IMG/VR virus record: IMGVR_UViG_3300042544_003795
Location: 64,001 to 128,000 of that record
Length of the DNA stretch: 64,000 bases
DNA from: a virus
Strand: one strand, 5' to 3'
Part shown: positions 37,444 through 45,989 of the stretch, piece by piece
How the letters are laid out: every line of letters starts with the position of its first letter
Position numbering within the stretch: position 1 is the stretch's first letter
Notes under the pieces: model-generated
What the model was told of the DNA's origin: nothing
The model's input: the letters and a program-made list of their open reading frames with translations, nothing else
Databases searched by the model: none
Position numbers and translations under genes: made by a program

Positions 37444-38733
37444 TTACTCTGCATTGTCTAATAATTGAGTTTCTAATCCTAAGAATTTAAGATCCTTGAG
37501 CTTGTAAGCCTCCCATTTAAAAGGAACTTGTCGAGAAACAACTACGCCTTCCATTGGGAGCTCAGTAGAACATAAAGGATCTACTTTATCTAGATACTCA
37601 AATTCTAATCTCTTTAAGAAAGTTTTACCCCATTCAGAAGAGTCAAAAGGAATATCAAATAAATCCTTGGCTTTTCCATAGTAGTAAGTTTCTGGAGTTT
37701 TTAACTGCTTCTTCTTACAATAAGCTTGAATTTGTTCATGAGAAAAAGAAATAACTTCTCCATCCTGATTAGTATAATCAATTCTAAATACTAGGAAATC
37801 TCTTTGCCCTTTAAGAATCCCATAATCATATGGAGTTTGAATCATTGACTGCCCATTTACCCAGCCAATTACCTCTCCATAAACAGAGATGCCCTTGTCC
37901 AGCTTTGGATAAACTTCATCAGCAACAGACTTCCAAATGTCCTCTTTGTAAAAACCTTTTGAAACTCCAATTGCAATATCTTTATTTTTGATTACATTTC
38001 TAGAAGCATACAGCATCCCATATTCTTCTTCTGGAACTTTGAATCCCAGAAGTTTAACAAGCTTTTCTAAGAGAGAAAGACGGCGCTTGATTAAAACATT
38101 AGCTACGACACCATTGCTTCCATGATATTTATTTGTAATAGAAATATAATCTTCAGGATTAATCTTATAGATTTCTTTTCTCAAATTTTCTGTATCAGAA
38201 TGGAGTCTAAATTGATTTTCTACTAATCTTTCAAATTTTTTAACTTTTGTTTTCGTAGATGGCGAACTGCTTTCTTGAATAGGCGGCTCATATTTAGAAA
38301 TAAATAATTCACCACAAATGGTATCAAAAGAAATATTCTCTTCAATATCTTTTAAGAACACTCCGTATTCACTAGAAACAAATTCAGAAAATCTTTGGAA
38401 AGAGATAATATAACCATTAGAATATTCCCCTCTCAATTTTATCATTTTGACTCTGCCTTTAGCATCAAAAAATCCTTTGACAGTTTTGTCCTGATTTAAA
38501 AGAGGATCTCTAAAAGAATTACTCCAAGATAAAAACTTGGAAGAAATTTGACTTTCGACAGGGCAATATACATAAATATCACCGACTTTAGAAGTTAAGT
38601 CAGTAACGACTATTGAATTCTGTATCTCTGCCAATTGCAATTTATCAGCATTTGGGTGAGGGTAAACAGAATCCAATTTTAAAATTTGAGCTAAATAATT
38701 TGAATTATAATCTTTAGAAGTAGAGAGTGTCAT
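37444..38733 (-). CDS. RNA ligase (Rnl2/DRB0094-like, N-terminal OB domain)
   Basis: PHPNADKL, T.K.HGS (motif I), ASRN, YGEV.G, EGVV, KLK...FL. Confidence 0.85.
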   Translation of the reverse strand: MTLSTSKDYNSNYLAQILKLDSVYPHPNADKLQLAEIQNSIVVTDLTSKVGDIYVYCPVESQISSKFLSWSNSFRDPLLNQDKTVKGFFDAKGRVKMIKLRGEYSNGYIISFQRFSEFVSSEYGVFLKDIEENISFDTICGELFISKYEPPIQESSSPSTKTKVKKFERLVENQFRLHSDTENLRKEIYKINPEDYISITNKYHGSNGVVANVLIKRRLSLLEKLVKLLGFKVPEEEYGMLYASRNVIKNKDIAIGVSKGFYKEDIWKSVADEVYPKLDKGISVYGEVIGWVNGQSMIQTPYDYGILKGQRDFLVFRIDYTNQDGEVISFSHEQIQAYCKKKQLKTPETYYYGKAKDLFDIPFDSSEWGKTFLKRLEFEYLDKVDPLCSTELPMEGVVVSRQVPFKWEAYKLKDLKFLGLETQLLDNAE

Positions 38734-38738
38734 AATTA

Positions 38739-38766
38739 AATATACAAAAATTTTTTAATCTGTCAA
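38739..38766 (-). promoter_or_regulatory. sigma70-type promoter (probably leaderless transcript)
   Basis: TTGACA-N16-TATATT, 5 nt before ATG 38733. Confidence 0.8.
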
Positions 38767-39165
38767 CTAAATTTGAACCATTTTTATGTCGAACTTGTGA
38801 GCTATTTCAAAAGACTTTTCACCTTTTTCATAAAAATCTCTAAAAAATACTTGTTTTATTCCATACATTGCAATGTCCATAATACAGTTTTCACAAGGAG
38901 ACAATGTAACCGCTATCAGTTTCCCTTCTCCCGGCTTACAATATCTCAATGCTGACCTCTCAGCATGAGAAACGAATGGTCTGCGACCGTCCCTACAAGA
39001 CCAATCTATATCGTGTCCCGGTATAGAGCCATTGTAACCTAATCCAGCTACACTATTGTCATGTCTTAAAATACAAGCTCCACATTTTACATATGGGTCT
39101 TCAGATCTTGAAGATGCTGTTTCGGCTAATTTTAAAGCATATTCTTCCCAAAGTATTCTACTCAT
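38767..39165 (-). CDS. dCMP deaminase
   Basis: RSEDP..K.GA, GYNG, HAE, TLSPC..C. Confidence 0.9.
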   Translation of the reverse strand: MSRILWEEYALKLAETASSRSEDPYVKCGACILRHDNSVAGLGYNGSIPGHDIDWSCRDGRRPFVSHAERSALRYCKPGEGKLIAVTLSPCENCIMDIAMYGIKQVFFRDFYEKGEKSFEIAHKFDIKMVQI

Positions 39166-39170
39166 TTTTT

Positions 39171-39503
39171 TTATTCAAAAAGGTTTTCATCTTCTTCTTC
39201 TTCCCCATCTTCATCTGAGTCCTCTTGAAGAAAAGTAATTGTATCTTCGAAAGAAACTTCTTTAAGAGAATCAGATATATCACTTATCTCTTTACATTTT
39301 TCAGAGAAATGAAGGGATGCTAAAGATAGAATTAAATTACAGCTGAATAAAGTTTCTTTTTCATCCATCCCTTCTAAAGCTGAATGATTAAGAATATTAT
39401 GCCAATTAACAAATGCTATTGTAGATATTTTTTCCGCAGTATTAGGGAAAACTTTCTCTATAAGCTCTAAGACATTTTCTACTGCATTTTTATTTTCAGA
39501 CAT
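39171..39503 (-). CDS. Hypothetical acidic protein
   Basis: 110-aa ORF. Confidence 0.7.
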   Translation of the reverse strand: MSENKNAVENVLELIEKVFPNTAEKISTIAFVNWHNILNHSALEGMDEKETLFSCNLILSLASLHFSEKCKEISDISDSLKEVSFEDTITFLQEDSDEDGEEEEDENLFE

Positions 39504-39506
39504 ATA

Positions 39507-39959
39507 TTAATCTATTATACCGTTTATAAGTTTTCTTTTTGCTCTGAACTTCATAGATCTAGAACCTTCTCCTTTTGTTAAACAATTAAAATGGTTCTTG
39601 CTTAAGCTTTTCAAGGAATTTAAAATATCTAAACCTTCTAAATCAGAAAAGGATTGATCTTTAGAATTTGAAACATATTTATAAGATACTTTTTTTCTTT
39701 TTATGAAGTTTTGTATTCTATTATTAATGCAGACAGAACAGAATGTTAAAAATTTAGTTTTATTATCAGGATTAAAAGCGTAGATAGCCGAAATTATAGC
39801 ATCATGAGATTCAGACAATAGATCCTCTGTATATCCAAAATTTTTATACTTATTGCAGACTATAGTATTAGCAAGTTTATAAGACTGCTCAAGTATATCC
39901 TTACCCATAGAGTAATCTCCTGTTAAACAAAAGTTTTTTACCTTTTCTTCTAGAATCAT
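39507..39959 (-). CDS. Small sigma70-like protein (region 2; region 4 degenerate)
   Basis: EDLLSE...AI..AI..FNP....KF.TF....I.N.I. Confidence 0.72.
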   Translation of the reverse strand: MILEEKVKNFCLTGDYSMGKDILEQSYKLANTIVCNKYKNFGYTEDLLSESHDAIISAIYAFNPDNKTKFLTFCSVCINNRIQNFIKRKKVSYKYVSNSKDQSFSDLEGLDILNSLKSLSKNHFNCLTKGEGSRSMKFRAKRKLINGIID

Positions 39960-40522
39960 TTTACTGAAAATTGAGAGTTAAATATAGGAATACATCCACA
40001 AAAAATTTGGTTTTTGAAAGACTCTCTAATAATAGAGAATTGACTTAACCCTTCAATTAGTTTATTTTTGCTACCTCTTAAAATTTTAGGGAGAATCAAT
40101 AAAGGATTTTCAGAGAAAAGTCTATCTACTCCGGGCAATTTAAGATCATAACAAATCTTTAAAAGATTACCCATGTAAGGATGAAGTCTAAAATCTTGAA
40201 CAGAAACATTCTCTTGAACTATCTCGAATCCTTCTTTAGTCATTTTTAATTTAGACATTTCAGCTTCCAAAGAGGAGTACATATTAATAATTTCCCAATC
40301 TATTAATGTGAAATTTTCACTTTCAATTTTATCAGAAGATAATACAGAAAGAAAAACATTCAAAGAATCATCTTGAGGAGGCATATTACCGAAATTAACT
40401 AAGCCATGAGAGATATCTTTTAGAGGCTTATGAGATAAAACTACTATTTCAGTATTGCTTTTTTGAATAAATTCTCTTAAATTTTCTTCTTTTTGATGTG
40501 GGTAAAAAGTAGTAAGAATCAT
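39956..40522 (-). CDS. Hypothetical protein
   Basis: 188-aa ORF. Confidence 0.7.
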   Translation of the reverse strand: MILTTFYPHQKEENLREFIQKSNTEIVVLSHKPLKDISHGLVNFGNMPPQDDSLNVFLSVLSSDKIESENFTLIDWEIINMYSSLEAEMSKLKMTKEGFEIVQENVSVQDFRLHPYMGNLLKICYDLKLPGVDRLFSENPLLILPKILRGSKNKLIEGLSQFSIIRESFKNQIFCGCIPIFNSQFSVK

Positions 40523-41376
40523 TATTTATTATATTTAGATTTTAATATAGCAATGAAACTCATAGCCGCTGCTGGGTCAACTCTATCGACTGTAGTCCAT
40601 TTAGGGTTCCAATCAAAACCTTCTACAGTAGCTAATTCTTTCAAAGAGTGTACATCCATGGAATACTTGTCTAAATGTTGAGACAATAGAGATTGTATTT
40701 TTACAGTCTGAGCTTCAGCTCTTACGTCTTCTTGCTTCATCTCGTCTTGGCCCAAGGATATAATACCTAAAGAATGCCTCACAGCTCTGATAAAAGCTCT
40801 ATTTTCAGCAATTGTTTCTAAAAATTTAGAAAACTTTTCATCAGTATTTGAAGTGGAAGCATTTGCTGTAGCACCGACTGTCATTTCCAAAGGGCTTTCT
40901 ATATTCGGTATCCACTTAATCACAACCTTCATTGTAACACTATCACCAGAAGAAGAGACTGGGATAGGATCAATCATAGAATATCCTCTAATCGAAGCCA
41001 ACTCTCTGAACCCTGCCAATTTAATCACAAGATCTTCCTCTGGGGATTCATCTATTAATCTATCAAGATCTTCTTGACTTAAATCTTCCAATGGAATTGC
41101 TCTAGCAGCAAAATTATACTTGTTCAATACAATGTGCTCTCTTGGAATAAGTTTCCTCCAATCTATAAGTCCATTAGACTTTAGTGGATAATTAACATTA
41201 TTTAAAAGACCTGCTTCGTTTCTCAATGGTTTAAAAACACCGTCTTCCGGTTGAACAAATAAAAGAGGAGAATCTAAACCTGTTTTTGCAGGTGCAATAA
41301 CTCTTTTCTTAGAAGACTTTTTTACAGTTTCCTCTTGAGAATCTTTAATATCAGAATGATTACTAGACTTAAGCAT
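40522..41376 (-). CDS. Conserved phage protein, possible ssDNA-annealing protein
   Basis: G...LA...G and IAENRAFIRAVR..LGI...G.DE resemble Rad52/RecT-type cores. Confidence 0.5.
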   Translation of the reverse strand: MLKSSNHSDIKDSQEETVKKSSKKRVIAPAKTGLDSPLLFVQPEDGVFKPLRNEAGLLNNVNYPLKSNGLIDWRKLIPREHIVLNKYNFAARAIPLEDLSQEDLDRLIDESPEEDLVIKLAGFRELASIRGYSMIDPIPVSSSGDSVTMKVVIKWIPNIESPLEMTVGATANASTSNTDEKFSKFLETIAENRAFIRAVRHSLGIISLGQDEMKQEDVRAEAQTVKIQSLLSQHLDKYSMDVHSLKELATVEGFDWNPKWTTVDRVDPAAAMSFIAILKSKYNK

Positions 41377-41381
41377 AAATT

Positions 41382-41702
41382 CTACTGTAGTTTGTTGTAA
41401 ATTTTTATAACATTCAAGATATCTTCGAAAGAAGTATCTGGACTGTCGTTGAACTCAGCAACAAAAAAACTTTTACCAGTATATAATCCGATAGCTTTTG
41501 ATAATTTAGACATTACCTTTGAACGAGATTGAGATTCAGGTTCTGAAAAATAAGTAACTGCTCCATGGAGAGAGAAACAAATAGGTTCTTTTGTATCCTC
41601 TTTCCATTTCCTAGTAAATGAGAAATTAGAGCCATCTTTATTTAGAGCTCTACCATTTTGCAGCCACTTGTTTTTATTAGTGAATATTTTATTTAGATTC
41701 AT
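41382..41702 (-). CDS. DUF6197-like phage protein
   Basis: WLQ...A...DG, CFSLHGA, FND...T.FEDI. Confidence 0.65.
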   Translation of the reverse strand: MNLNKIFTNKNKWLQNGRALNKDGSNFSFTRKWKEDTKEPICFSLHGAVTYFSEPESQSRSKVMSKLSKAIGLYTGKSFFVAEFNDSPDTSFEDILNVIKIYNKLQ

Positions 41703-42837
41703 TTTTAAATATTAAAGTATAATCTTTGTTCTCCAAGAAATCTTCATCATTCATAAAGCTTTCTTTTAGTTCTATAGGAAAAGATTTAAAGTCTAAATCA
41801 TTTTTGTAATGATAAATAGATGCATATGTTTTTCCGTGAGCTATGTAAACTCTATTTGATTTAAATAACATAGCATCTTTTTCTAGTATGTCAAGAGGTT
41901 TTTCTTTTGATTTCTTATATATAGTACATATGCCTAGAGTCTCAAGCCTTAACTGATTTAATAAATCATCGTTGCAACAGATAACAAGTAAATTTATAAG
42001 ATTCGAAACACAGCTTTTAATAAAATCTACATCAAAACTTTCGTCACAAAAATAAACAATAGATTTTATATTTTTAATGTTTAAAGAATTTAAATCTAAA
42101 GGCTTTTTAGTGCTTATATCCGCTTTTGTTATATTTAAGATAGGAACAAGACACTCTTGATTATCAAAAATATCAAGACGTATATTAAAAGCTGTATTAA
42201 CTAACTCTCTAGGAAAAAATCCGTCAGGAATAAAATTTAAAAATCTAGGACCATATTTTTCTCCAATATATAATGTTTTATAATTTACAGAATCTTGTAT
42301 ACCTATTTTATTTAAAATTGCATTAGCTATTATTTCCGGCTTTATAGTATTTATAGTCTTTGGCCATTCATCTTTTTTATAATTCCATCTCGCAGTTTTT
42401 AATTCTGGCTCAATATAAAGAACCTTATCAAAAGAAGGAACCACTACTTTGCTAGGATAATTACTTCCGAGAAGGATTAAATCTTTATTATAAACTCTAC
42501 ATAATTTAGCAGTAAGCTGGTTAGATGTAACACAAAGTCTACTATTTTTAATTACATAAGCCAATTGTCTTACAGTTAAAGCTGATCTCAAATCCAAGGA
42601 ACTTAAGACAGTGGGGTCTTCTTTATCTCCAACTTGAATGACTTCAATACCTGTGATCCTTAAAAAATCAAGAATCATAGGAATGACTTCTGAACTGTAA
42701 TCGTAAATTTGAGATTTCTTTTCAGAACCTGTTTGATATACTATATAATCAGAAGGTACAGGATAGAAGTTTTCAGGGAAATCCTCTTCAGAAGTATAAT
42801 CTTCTACTCCACAATGTTGAAATATTTTATTAAGCAT
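41689..42837 (-). CDS. GT9-like (heptosyltransferase-fold) protein
   Basis: VIQVG, DLR..LT.RQLAYVI..S.L, I..IKPE.IA. Confidence 0.62.
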   Translation of the reverse strand: MLNKIFQHCGVEDYTSEEDFPENFYPVPSDYIVYQTGSEKKSQIYDYSSEVIPMILDFLRITGIEVIQVGDKEDPTVLSSLDLRSALTVRQLAYVIKNSRLCVTSNQLTAKLCRVYNKDLILLGSNYPSKVVVPSFDKVLYIEPELKTARWNYKKDEWPKTINTIKPEIIANAILNKIGIQDSVNYKTLYIGEKYGPRFLNFIPDGFFPRELVNTAFNIRLDIFDNQECLVPILNITKADISTKKPLDLNSLNIKNIKSIVYFCDESFDVDFIKSCVSNLINLLVICCNDDLLNQLRLETLGICTIYKKSKEKPLDILEKDAMLFKSNRVYIAHGKTYASIYHYKNDLDFKSFPIELKESFMNDEDFLENKDYTLIFKNESK

Positions 42838-42838
42838 A

Positions 42839-44530
42839 TTAAAAATTATTTTTCATGAAATCTACGCAATTCCTTGTTATTTTTGGATGGAAAGCCATAT
42901 CGAAAAAACCTTTATGATTCTCTATCCCCTCCATACCTAGGACATCATCTAATGCTGGACTACAAGGCATTGTTTTTTTAATAAAATCCAAGTGCTCAAA
43001 CATTTGAGGAAATAATGTAGATACATAGTAATCCCATTCTGATTTAGGGAACTTTTTATGTAGCCTCTCTAGAACAGCAATAGAATCCACGCAATCTCCT
43101 AAATTGCCATCTTCTACATATAGAATTCTTTTTTTATCACTTTTATAATCTATTATATCATCTATAGAAAGAGTTTTATTTTCTGGCTTCTCTTCTATTT
43201 TTTGATTAAAAGAAAAATCGTAATCAGTAAAAGGAAGATCATCTATAAACTTCTCAATTTTAGCGCAAATTTTATTACCATCAAAATTTTCTAAAGCCCA
43301 TTGTCTTAGATTATATCCTTTTCGCTCTATTTCTTCTTTAGAAAGAGAAGTTATCTTCTCCATAAATTCGACTATTGAAGATGGCAAGACTTGAGCTTTA
43401 TCAAACTGAGAGCCGTGTTCTCTATACAAAGTAAAGTCGAGAGGGAAGACTTCAGGATTTACTGTAAAATTAGTACCATAAGAATAATTAGTAGTAGCAA
43501 CAGGCAAACCACAGAACAAAGCTTCTAAAACAGGCATCTCAAATCCTCCACTTGTAGCTGGATGAATATAAGCATCGCACATATTGTACAATTCGCACAA
43601 ATCTTCTTCTTCCACTCCTACAGAAACATTTGAAGTATTAACTTTTTTCTCTGATTGACAATTTTGACAGTTCAATTCTTGACCAAAGAAAGGTTTAACA
43701 GATACATCCTTACAAGCAGAGCATACATAAGTAGTTAGAACATCCTCTCTTCTGACATTGAATCTCTCTAAGAATTCAGGAATACGCCATCCCTCTGACC
43801 AATTTGTATGTAAAAATAATTTACAATCAATTTCTGGATGAGCTTTCTTAAAAATAGAAAAAGCTTCGATAAGTGTACCTACAAGCTTTCTTAACTGATT
43901 TCTAAAAACAAAACCAAATACAAAAGTATTATCTGCTACTCCGAATTTTCTTCGAACAGCTTTCTTTTCTTCTTTTGATAGAATTTTAAAATTCTTATCC
44001 TCAATAAGAGCTGGCATATACTCAGAATCTACTCCCTGCTCTGCCAAAGCATCTTTCGCAAATTGAGCTTTAACCCAGAGGTTTCCAAATTTATCTTTTT
44101 GATCTTTAAAAACTCTTAGCAAAGGAAGAGAATCAATAGGAGTCCAAAAAACATGTGGGAACTTATTGATCCACGGTTTATCAAAATAAGGCATACCCCA
44201 TATATCTTCTAACATTATTAAAGCATCTGGCTTTTCTGTTTCAAGAACTCGATTTATATTATATTCCCCATACTGAATAGCTTGCATTTTAGATGCATCA
44301 CCTCGAAACTGATCTAGCTCTCTAGGATTGTCTGGTAGACACCCGTAACATTTCCAAGGCATTGACTTGCAAATATTATCACTCCAAGTAAAAGATCCTC
44401 CTGCGTACTCTACTAATTCATATTTACCTGTCTTAAAAAGATAAGACAATAAAAATTTCATATGTCTACCAAAACCTGTATTGGCTAAACATGAATTAGA
44501 GTGTAATACTACTTTTTTCTTTCTTTGCAT
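42839..44530 (-). CDS. GT4 glycosyltransferase with Zn-finger-like insert and partial GT9-like tail
   Basis: TGFG, RNQ.RK, LYN..D..I.P..SGGFEMP.LEA..CGLP; CxxC...CxxC insert; LGD.V...AV. Confidence 0.82.
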   Translation of the reverse strand: MQRKKKVVLHSNSCLANTGFGRHMKFLLSYLFKTGKYELVEYAGGSFTWSDNICKSMPWKCYGCLPDNPRELDQFRGDASKMQAIQYGEYNINRVLETEKPDALIMLEDIWGMPYFDKPWINKFPHVFWTPIDSLPLLRVFKDQKDKFGNLWVKAQFAKDALAEQGVDSEYMPALIEDKNFKILSKEEKKAVRRKFGVADNTFVFGFVFRNQLRKLVGTLIEAFSIFKKAHPEIDCKLFLHTNWSEGWRIPEFLERFNVRREDVLTTYVCSACKDVSVKPFFGQELNCQNCQSEKKVNTSNVSVGVEEEDLCELYNMCDAYIHPATSGGFEMPVLEALFCGLPVATTNYSYGTNFTVNPEVFPLDFTLYREHGSQFDKAQVLPSSIVEFMEKITSLSKEEIERKGYNLRQWALENFDGNKICAKIEKFIDDLPFTDYDFSFNQKIEEKPENKTLSIDDIIDYKSDKKRILYVEDGNLGDCVDSIAVLERLHKKFPKSEWDYYVSTLFPQMFEHLDFIKKTMPCSPALDDVLGMEGIENHKGFFDMAFHPKITRNCVDFMKNNF

Positions 44531-44555
44531 TTGATTGTATTGTTTAAATATTTAT

Positions 44556-44591
44556 AAAAAAAGGCCGCTCACTTAAAAAGTGAGAAGCCTT
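44556..44591 (-). terminator. Intrinsic terminator downstream of the SSB-like gene
   Basis: Minus strand AGGC-TT-CTCACTT...AAGTGAG-CG-GCC followed by T7. Confidence 0.72.
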
Positions 44592-44613
44592 GAATATTTT
44601 ACTTAACTAAACA

Positions 44614-45246
44614 TTAAAAAGGGATTTCTTCTTCAGCTTCCCAACTTTCAGATTCATCAGAAGCAAAAGATTTAGTTTCTGTTTCTTCAGAGGCTTTAGT
44701 AGGATTTAATTTAATCCGTTCATTAAGGATTTTAATTTGATCTACGAAAAACAAATCAATCTTAGTAAAATCTCTAATAATTTTTCCCTTGAAAGAAATT
44801 TCTTCTGGAGAAGGAAGCTCTGAAGATTCAAACTTCCAAGTCACCTTCTCATCATTTTGAGTAACATAATACGAGTCATACCCAGCTTTGGACAAGTAGT
44901 ATCGAATAGAGATATTTTCAAAAGATTCTAAATTAAAAAATGAATTAAGAAGGCTTCGAGTCGCAATATTCATTCGGAAAGGAACAAGATAAGCTTCATC
45001 TTTATCTTTAATTATAGCCTTGACTCTAAAGTACTTGTCTCCCTTATACTCCTCTTCTACAGCTTCAATCTTAAATATAGAGCCAGATATAGAATTTATA
45101 GAGTTATCTGTGGATGGAACCCATTTATTTGTAACTGCATCTTTAGATGAGACTTCAAAGAAAGGTTTAACACTTTCGCCATTTATTTTAGAAACTGGCT
45201 TAAGAATTAAAAGCGTTCCAGTTTTTTCGTTTTTATTGCCTAACAT
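44614..45246 (-). CDS. Putative single-stranded DNA-binding protein
   Basis: Acidic tail ending EEEIPF; downstream of polymerase genes; followed by terminator. Confidence 0.65.
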   Translation of the reverse strand: MLGNKNEKTGTLLILKPVSKINGESVKPFFEVSSKDAVTNKWVPSTDNSINSISGSIFKIEAVEEEYKGDKYFRVKAIIKDKDEAYLVPFRMNIATRSLLNSFFNLESFENISIRYYLSKAGYDSYYVTQNDEKVTWKFESSELPSPEEISFKGKIIRDFTKIDLFFVDQIKILNERIKLNPTKASEETETKSFASDESESWEAEEEIPF

Positions 45247-45344
45247 TCGAGTATTTTTTTATTTGTTTGGTTTGTTTTTGGAAAGAGACTTTCGTCTCAA
45301 AATTTTTGTATATTAATATTACATTCTAAAATGAAAAATGTTTC

Positions 45345-45608
45345 TTAAGCTTTAAAAATATGTTCCATTCCATTTTCAAGAATGAAATCAAAAAGCTCTA
45401 GTACTTCTTCTGAAAAGTTATTTTGATTTTCATCATCTATAGAAGAAATATATTTATCATATATTAAGTACATCAAGGAGGCTACCCATAAAGCATCAAA
45501 ATTATGACTTTTTTCGTCTTTTATAAAAGGTAACCATGTTTCATTTTTTTTAGAAAGAATTTGACCTATGGAAAGTAAAACTTCTAAAGAATTTTTATCT
45601 ACACTCAT
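45345..45608 (-). CDS. Hypothetical protein
   Basis: 87 aa; LIY..Y.S...E....F...V..F resembles the next ORF. Confidence 0.65.
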   Translation of the reverse strand: MSVDKNSLEVLLSIGQILSKKNETWLPFIKDEKSHNFDALWVASLMYLIYDKYISSIDDENQNNFSEEVLELFDFILENGMEHIFKA

Positions 45609-45623
45609 AGGTATATTTATTCC

Positions 45624-45989
45624 TTAATTACCGTCAGATTCTGGCTGATCAGTAGCGATATCTTCTTCGTCAAGAGTTTCTTCTCCTTTCAAAGACTCAA
45701 TAAATTTTTGCACAACATCTATAGCAAAACTTTCACGTTCATCTTCAGGAACCATAGAACAATAAGAATTTAAAATTAAATGTATTAGTGCAACTACAAT
45801 TTCCGAATTAAACGAATGAGGGTCTACATAGTCAAAAAAAGCAGATGAAGCGTCTTCTCCAGAAGCCTTGAATAATACTCTAAATAGAGTTTTAGTATCA
45901 GTGGTAATGGTCGGCTCCGATGTTTCAGTGTTCAACTCTTCGTTGATAATTTCAGCGTCTAAGATTTCTTCATTCATATTATTATTCAT
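45624..45989 (-). CDS. Hypothetical acidic protein
   Basis: 121-aa ORF. Confidence 0.7.
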   Translation of the reverse strand: MNNNMNEEILDAEIINEELNTETSEPTITTDTKTLFRVLFKASGEDASSAFFDYVDPHSFNSEIVVALIHLILNSYCSMVPEDERESFAIDVVQKFIESLKGEETLDEEDIATDQPESDGN

